Positions 60,350 through 64,000 of a DNA stretch of 64,000 nucleotides are shown here, piece after piece. The notes under the pieces are model-generated. The model had not been told where the DNA came from, did not search any database, and saw only the letters and a list, made by a program, of their open reading frames with translations. This stretch comes from Candidatus Binatia bacterium (lineage in GTDB: Bacteria; Desulfobacterota; Binatia; DP-6): NCBI GenBank assembly GCA_035295465.1, contig DATGIZ010000025.1, positions 23,767 to 87,766 on the forward strand, in the 5' to 3' direction. The position numbers were made by a program, and so were the translations under genes. Position 1 is the first letter of the stretch, and every line of letters begins with the position of its first letter.

Positions 60350-61131
60350 CCCTTCGGCTTGCGGAAGCGCGGCGGACGCCGCTCGAGGAACGCGCGCCGG
60401 CCCTCCTCGGCCTCCTCGGTGCCGTAGTAGAGCGCGAGCGCGCTGAAGGCGATCTCGTTGAGCCCGGCGATGTGCTCGGAGTCGGCGTTGAACGACTGCT
60501 TGGCGAGCTTGATCGCGGTCGGGCTCTTCTCGAGGATCTCCCGGCACCAGCGCTCGGTCTCGGCGCGCAGCTCGGCCGCCGGGACGACCGCGTTGACCAG
60601 CCCCATCGCCAGCGCCTCCTGCGCGCTGTAGCGGCGGCAGAGGTACCAGATCTCGCGCGCCTTCTTCTCCCCGACGAGGCGGGCGAGGTACGCGGTGCCG
60701 AATCCCGGATCGACCGAGCCCACCTTGGGGCCGACCTGTCCGAAGACCGCCGTGTCGGCGGCGATGGTGAGGTCGCAGAGCACGTGGAGCACGTGGCCGC
60801 CGCCGATCGCGTAGCCGTTGACCATCGCGATCACCGGCTTGGGGATGCCGCGGATCGCGCCGTGCAGCCCGTGCACGTCCATCCCGATGCCGCTGCCGCC
60901 GCCGTAGCCGCCGGCCTGGCGCTCGCGCTGGTCGCCGCCGGCGCAGAAGGCGCGGTCGCCGGCGCCGGTGAGCACGGCGACGCCCACGTCATCGTCCGCG
61001 CCGGCGGCGCGCAGCGCGTGGATCAGCTCGTCGACCGTGCGAGCGCGGAAGGCGTTCATCACCTCCGGGCGGTCGATGGTGATCCAGGCGATGCCCTCGG
61101 CGGCCTCGTAGCGGATGTCTGCGTACGTCAT
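60346..61131 (-). CDS. menB: 1,4-dihydroxy-2-naphthoyl-CoA synthase-like crotonase
   Basis: Trimmed to [40 protein letters not shown] and [16 protein letters not shown] match the MenB signature as I recall it. Confidence 0.8.
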   Translation of the reverse strand: MTYADIRYEAAEGIAWITIDRPEVMNAFRARTVDELIHALRAAGADDDVGVAVLTGAGDRAFCAGGDQRERQAGGYGGGSGIGMDVHGLHGAIRGIPKPVIAMVNGYAIGGGHVLHVLCDLTIAADTAVFGQVGPKVGSVDPGFGTAYLARLVGEKKAREIWYLCRRYSAQEALAMGLVNAVVPAAELRAETERWCREILEKSPTAIKLAKQSFNADSEHIAGLNEIAFSALALYYGTEEAEEGRRAFLERRPPRFRKPKG

Positions 61132-61195
61132 GCGCGCCGCTTCGCCCACGCTCCCGGCCTTGTCAAGGCGGGCGCCGGGAGGCAGGGTGGGACGG

Positions 61196-62245
61196 ATGCT
61201 CGCGACGGCGCTGCACCGCCACCTCGCCGCCGGGGGGGCGGTCCTCGCCGAGGATCGCGGCGTGCTCCTGCCGCGCCACTTCGGCGATCCCGCGGCCGAG
61301 TACACGGCCCTGCGCGAGCGCGCCGCGCTCGTCGACCTGGGCTTCCGCACGCTGGTGCGCGCCGCCGGCGAGGACCGCGCCGCGTTCCTCAACGGCATGC
61401 TCACCAACGACGTCGCCGGGCTCGTGCCCGGCGGCGGCTGCCCGGCGCTGCTGCTGACGATCCAGGGGCGGGTGACCGCCGACGTGCGGGTGGCGGCGCT
61501 CGGCGACGCGCTCCTGCTCGACGTCGACGTGCGCGCGCGCGACGACCTCGTGGCGGCGCTCGAGAAGCTGATCATCGCCGACGACGTGACGCTCGAGGCA
61601 CCGGCGGAGCCGGTGGCGCTCCTCGGCCTGGAGGGCCCGACGGCGGCGGCGCTGCTCGGCGCGAGGGCCGCGGCGCTCGCGCCGTGGGCCCACGCGGAGG
61701 TCGCCGTCGCCGGCGTCGGCGTGCGCGTCGTGCAGGCGAGCGAGGTCCGGGGCCCCGGCTTCGTCCTGCACGTGCCCGCGGCCGCCGCGGTGGACGTCTG
61801 GACGGCGCTGGTCGTGGCCGGCGCCCGGCCCTGCGGCATGGAGGCGCTCGAGGGTCGGCGCGTCGAGGTCGGGGTGCCGCGCATCGGCCTCGACATGGAC
61901 GGGAGCACGCTCGCCCTCGAGGTCCCCGTGGACGACGCGATCAGCCAGACGAAGGGGTGCTACCTCGGGCAGGAGGTGGTGGCGCGCGGCACGGCACGGG
62001 GCCATGTGAACCGCCGGCTCGTGGGCCTCGTCTTCGACGGGCCGCCGCCGCCCGCGGGTACGCCGCTCGCGCGTGACGGGAAGCCCGTGGGGCACGTCAC
62101 CTCGGTGGCGCGGGCGTTCGGCGCCGGGTCGGCGGCCGGGATGGGCTTCGTGCGCCGGGAGCACTGGGACCCGGGGACCGTGCTGGCGGCGCCGCACGGC
62201 CGCGCGGCGGCCGTCGCCCGGGTCGCCCGCTGGCCGCTCGCTTGA
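61196..62245 (+). CDS. ygfZ: folate-binding YgfZ / glycine-cleavage-T family protein
   Basis: [11 protein letters not shown] ... [10 protein letters not shown] ... [12 protein letters not shown] (the KGCYxGQE motif of YgfZ). Confidence 0.85.
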   Translation: MLATALHRHLAAGGAVLAEDRGVLLPRHFGDPAAEYTALRERAALVDLGFRTLVRAAGEDRAAFLNGMLTNDVAGLVPGGGCPALLLTIQGRVTADVRVAALGDALLLDVDVRARDDLVAALEKLIIADDVTLEAPAEPVALLGLEGPTAAALLGARAAALAPWAHAEVAVAGVGVRVVQASEVRGPGFVLHVPAAAAVDVWTALVVAGARPCGMEALEGRRVEVGVPRIGLDMDGSTLALEVPVDDAISQTKGCYLGQEVVARGTARGHVNRRLVGLVFDGPPPPAGTPLARDGKPVGHVTSVARAFGAGSAAGMGFVRREHWDPGTVLAAPHGRAAAVARVARWPLA

Positions 62246-62276
62246 GCGGGGCGCGCCACTTTTGCTACGGGGACGC

Positions 62277-62420
62277 ATGCCGACGCAGCTCGGAAAGCGG
62301 TACGTGTGCGAGACCTGTGGCACCGAGGCCCTCTGCAACAAGCCGGGCAGCGGTGCGCTCGTCTGCTGCGACCACGAGATGAAGCTGAAGGAGGCGAAGC
62401 CGCTGCCCTCGTCGGACTGA
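62277..62420 (+). CDS. desulforedoxin-like zinc/iron-ribbon mini-protein (47 aa)
   Basis: YVCETCGTEALCNKPGSGALVCCDHEM matches the Y-x-C-x2-CG ... LVCC-x3-M layout of desulforedoxin as I recall it. High GC3. Confidence 0.6.
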   Translation: MPTQLGKRYVCETCGTEALCNKPGSGALVCCDHEMKLKEAKPLPSSD

Positions 62421-63859
62421 CGCGCGCCGGCGCCTGGCTGTTCGAGAACGGGCGCGTCCTCACGCTCGACCCGCACCGGCCCGTGGCCGCGGCGCTGGCG
62501 GTGCGGGACGGCCGCGTGCTCGCCGTCGGCTCCGCCGGCGCGCTGCGCGCGCTCGTCGGGGCCGCCGAGCGCATCGACTGCCGCGGGGCGGCCGTGCTCC
62601 CCGGGCTCGTCGACCCTCACCTCCACCTCTTCGCGCTCGCCGCCCGCGACGCGCACCTCGACTGCGCCGCGTTCGACGACGTGGGCGCGCTGCTGGCCGC
62701 GGTGGCGGCGCGCACCCGCGGCCTCGCCCCGGGGCAGTGGGTGCGGGGCGAGGGGCTCGACGACGCGCGCCTCGGCCGCCTGCCGACGGCCGCGGAGCTG
62801 GACGCGGCGTCGCCGCACCACCCCGTGCGGCTGCGCCACCGCAACCGGCACGCCTCGGTGCTGAGCGGCCGCGCGCTCGCCCGCCTGGGGGTGGCCGCGG
62901 ATGCGGGCCTCGTCGTCGAGCGCGAGGACGCGATCGGCCGCCTCGTGGGGCCGCTCCCGACGGCGGTCCTCGCCGCGGGCCTCGCGGCGGCCGCGCGCGA
63001 GCTTTGCACGCTCGGGGTGACGACGGTCGCCGACGCCACGCCACGGCGGCGCGCCGCGCTCGGACCGCTTTGCGACGCCATCGAGGCGGGCCGCTTCCCG
63101 CTGCGCGTCTTCGCCATGCGCCCGCCCGGCGTCCGCGCCTGGCGGGCGGCGCCCCGGCTCGCCCCGGGACCGGTGAAGCTCATGGTCCACGAGGACCGGC
63201 GCGGGCTGCGCCCGTCGCCGGCGGTGCTCGCACGCCGCATCGCCGCCGCGGCACGCGCCGGCGACGCGGTCGCCGTGCACTGCGTCGGCGCGGCGACGCT
63301 GGTGGCGGCGCTCGCGGGCTTCGCCGCGCTGCCGCGCGCGCAACGCGCCCGGCGCCGTCATCGCCTGGAGCACGTGGCGGAGTGCCCCCCGCCGCTGGTG
63401 GCGGCCATCGCGCGCCTCGGTCTCACGGTGGTGACGAATCCGGCCTTCGTTCACGTTCGCGGCGACGTCTACGCGCGGGAGACCGTGGGCGCGGCGCGCG
63501 CCTGGCTCTACCGCGCGCGCAGCCTCGCCGCCGCGGGCGTGCCGCTCGCGGCGGCGTCCGACGCCCCCGTCGCACCGCCGAGCCCGTGGGTGGGCCTCGC
63601 CGCCGCCCGCAGCCGGCTGACCGCCTCGGGCCGCGCCCTCGGCCCCGCCGAGCGGCTGGGCGCGGCGGCGGCGCTCGCGCTCTTCGCCCGGGGCGCGGCC
63701 GACGCGCTCGAGGCGCCCGCGCTCGGGCGGCTCGTCCCGGGCGCGGCGGCGGACGTGATCGTGGTCGAGCCCGATCCGCTGCGGGCGCCGCCCGACGAGG
63801 CGGCGCGGACGCGCGTGCGGCTCACGATGATCGGCGGCGAGGTCGTGTGGGCGGCATGA
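62306..63859 (+). CDS. amidohydrolase family protein (start unresolved)
   Basis: WLFENGRVLTLD...ALAVRDGRVLAVG...LPGLVDPHLHL N-terminus of the amidohydrolase-3 type. The only canonical in-frame start is ATG 62306, which overlaps the mini-ORF by 115 nt. Otherwise the start is a CTG at 62417. Confidence 0.75.
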   Translation: MRDLWHRGPLQQAGQRCARLLRPRDEAEGGEAAALVGLTRAGAWLFENGRVLTLDPHRPVAAALAVRDGRVLAVGSAGALRALVGAAERIDCRGAAVLPGLVDPHLHLFALAARDAHLDCAAFDDVGALLAAVAARTRGLAPGQWVRGEGLDDARLGRLPTAAELDAASPHHPVRLRHRNRHASVLSGRALARLGVAADAGLVVEREDAIGRLVGPLPTAVLAAGLAAAARELCTLGVTTVADATPRRRAALGPLCDAIEAGRFPLRVFAMRPPGVRAWRAAPRLAPGPVKLMVHEDRRGLRPSPAVLARRIAAAARAGDAVAVHCVGAATLVAALAGFAALPRAQRARRRHRLEHVAECPPPLVAAIARLGLTVVTNPAFVHVRGDVYARETVGAARAWLYRARSLAAAGVPLAAASDAPVAPPSPWVGLAAARSRLTASGRALGPAERLGAAAALALFARGAADALEAPALGRLVPGAAADVIVVEPDPLRAPPDEAARTRVRLTMIGGEVVWAA

Positions 63860-64000
63860 GGCCGTTCGCCACCGTGCGCTACGCGAAGCACGGTGCGGTC
63901 GCCGTCGTCACGCTCGACCGTCCCGCGAAGCTCAACGCCTACGATGTCGCCATGCGCGACGACCTCCACGCCGTGCTCGGCGCCGCCCACGAGGACCCCG
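63856..64000 (+). CDS. enoyl-CoA hydratase/isomerase family protein (5' partial, runs off the right edge)
   Basis: ATG 63856 overlaps the upstream TGA (ATGA). It reads MRPFATVRYAKHGAVAVVTLDRPAKLNAYD, a crotonase N-terminus. Confidence 0.7.
   Translation, partial: MRPFATVRYAKHGAVAVVTLDRPAKLNAYDVAMRDDLHAVLGAAHEDP

Noticed and set aside
1-64000. Mobile elements, prophage or genomic-island boundaries
   Set aside because: I recognised no integrase, transposase, tRNA attachment site or terminal repeats. The low-GC half of the EPS locus and the vapBC pair are the only accessory-like signals, and they are insufficient to call a mobile element.

Overview
High-GC bacterial chromosomal segment. Spot counts of single 60-nt lines give about 52 to 77 percent GC, mostly above 70 percent. 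It is densely coding, with roughly 65 supportable CDS. I recognised no rRNA, tRNA, CRISPR array, transposase or integrase. Many very long ORFs in the six-frame track are Arg/Ala/Gly/Pro-rich shadow frames of real genes and were discarded. Several track ORFs were trimmed to internal starts that fit the neighbouring stop codons.

Layout:
- 1-17.4 kb: one co-directional minus-strand Wzx/Wzy-type exopolysaccharide locus. It holds GT9, a GDP-mannose-3,5-epimerase-like SDR, GT2, a 2OG-Fe(II) oxygenase, two GT4 genes, an unknown secreted 659-aa protein, a MurJ/Wzx-like flippase, the priming sugar transferase, a Wzy/O-antigen-ligase-like protein with a TPR tail, a Wzc-like tyrosine kinase and a Wza-like exporter with an inserted AMIN-like domain.
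- 17.7-36 kb: housekeeping and miscellaneous genes. These are tandem SDRs, an MBL/PPOX pair, tatC plus a tatA/B-type gene, an HDAC-like gene, PBP1A, a DegT aminotransferase, ptsP, a B12-type radical SAM, an MFS transporter, an SBP56-like lipoprotein and a GNAT.
- 36-42.7 kb: vapBC, then a minus-strand array of two large secreted beta-propeller/PKD proteins, two coupled XRE regulators, a polysaccharide deacetylase and a GT2.
- 42.7-51 kb: crotonase, THUMP, a TPP enzyme preceded by an alanine-heptad secreted protein, lgt preceded by a Cys-rich lipoprotein, and a D-Ala-D-Ala carboxypeptidase.
- 51-64 kb: a small Cys/Lys-rich secreted peptide divergent from a GAF-AAA+ enhancer-binding protein with a degenerate GAFTGA loop, an HAD/metallophosphoesterase pair, an RRM protein, a secreted protein with a planctomycete-cytochrome-like domain, rmuC overlapping an orphan DGQHR (DndB-like) gene, GST, Rieske, a MenB-like gene, YgfZ, a desulforedoxin-like mini-ORF, an amidohydrolase and a truncated crotonase.

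Most interesting candidates:
- the rmuC-DGQHR pair
- the non-canonical enhancer-binding-protein module with TGCGCAG repeats
- the secreted Cys-rich proteins
- the secreted-protein/XRE/deacetylase array
- the AMIN-containing exporter

All family calls come from motif recognition by eye. No searches were run.
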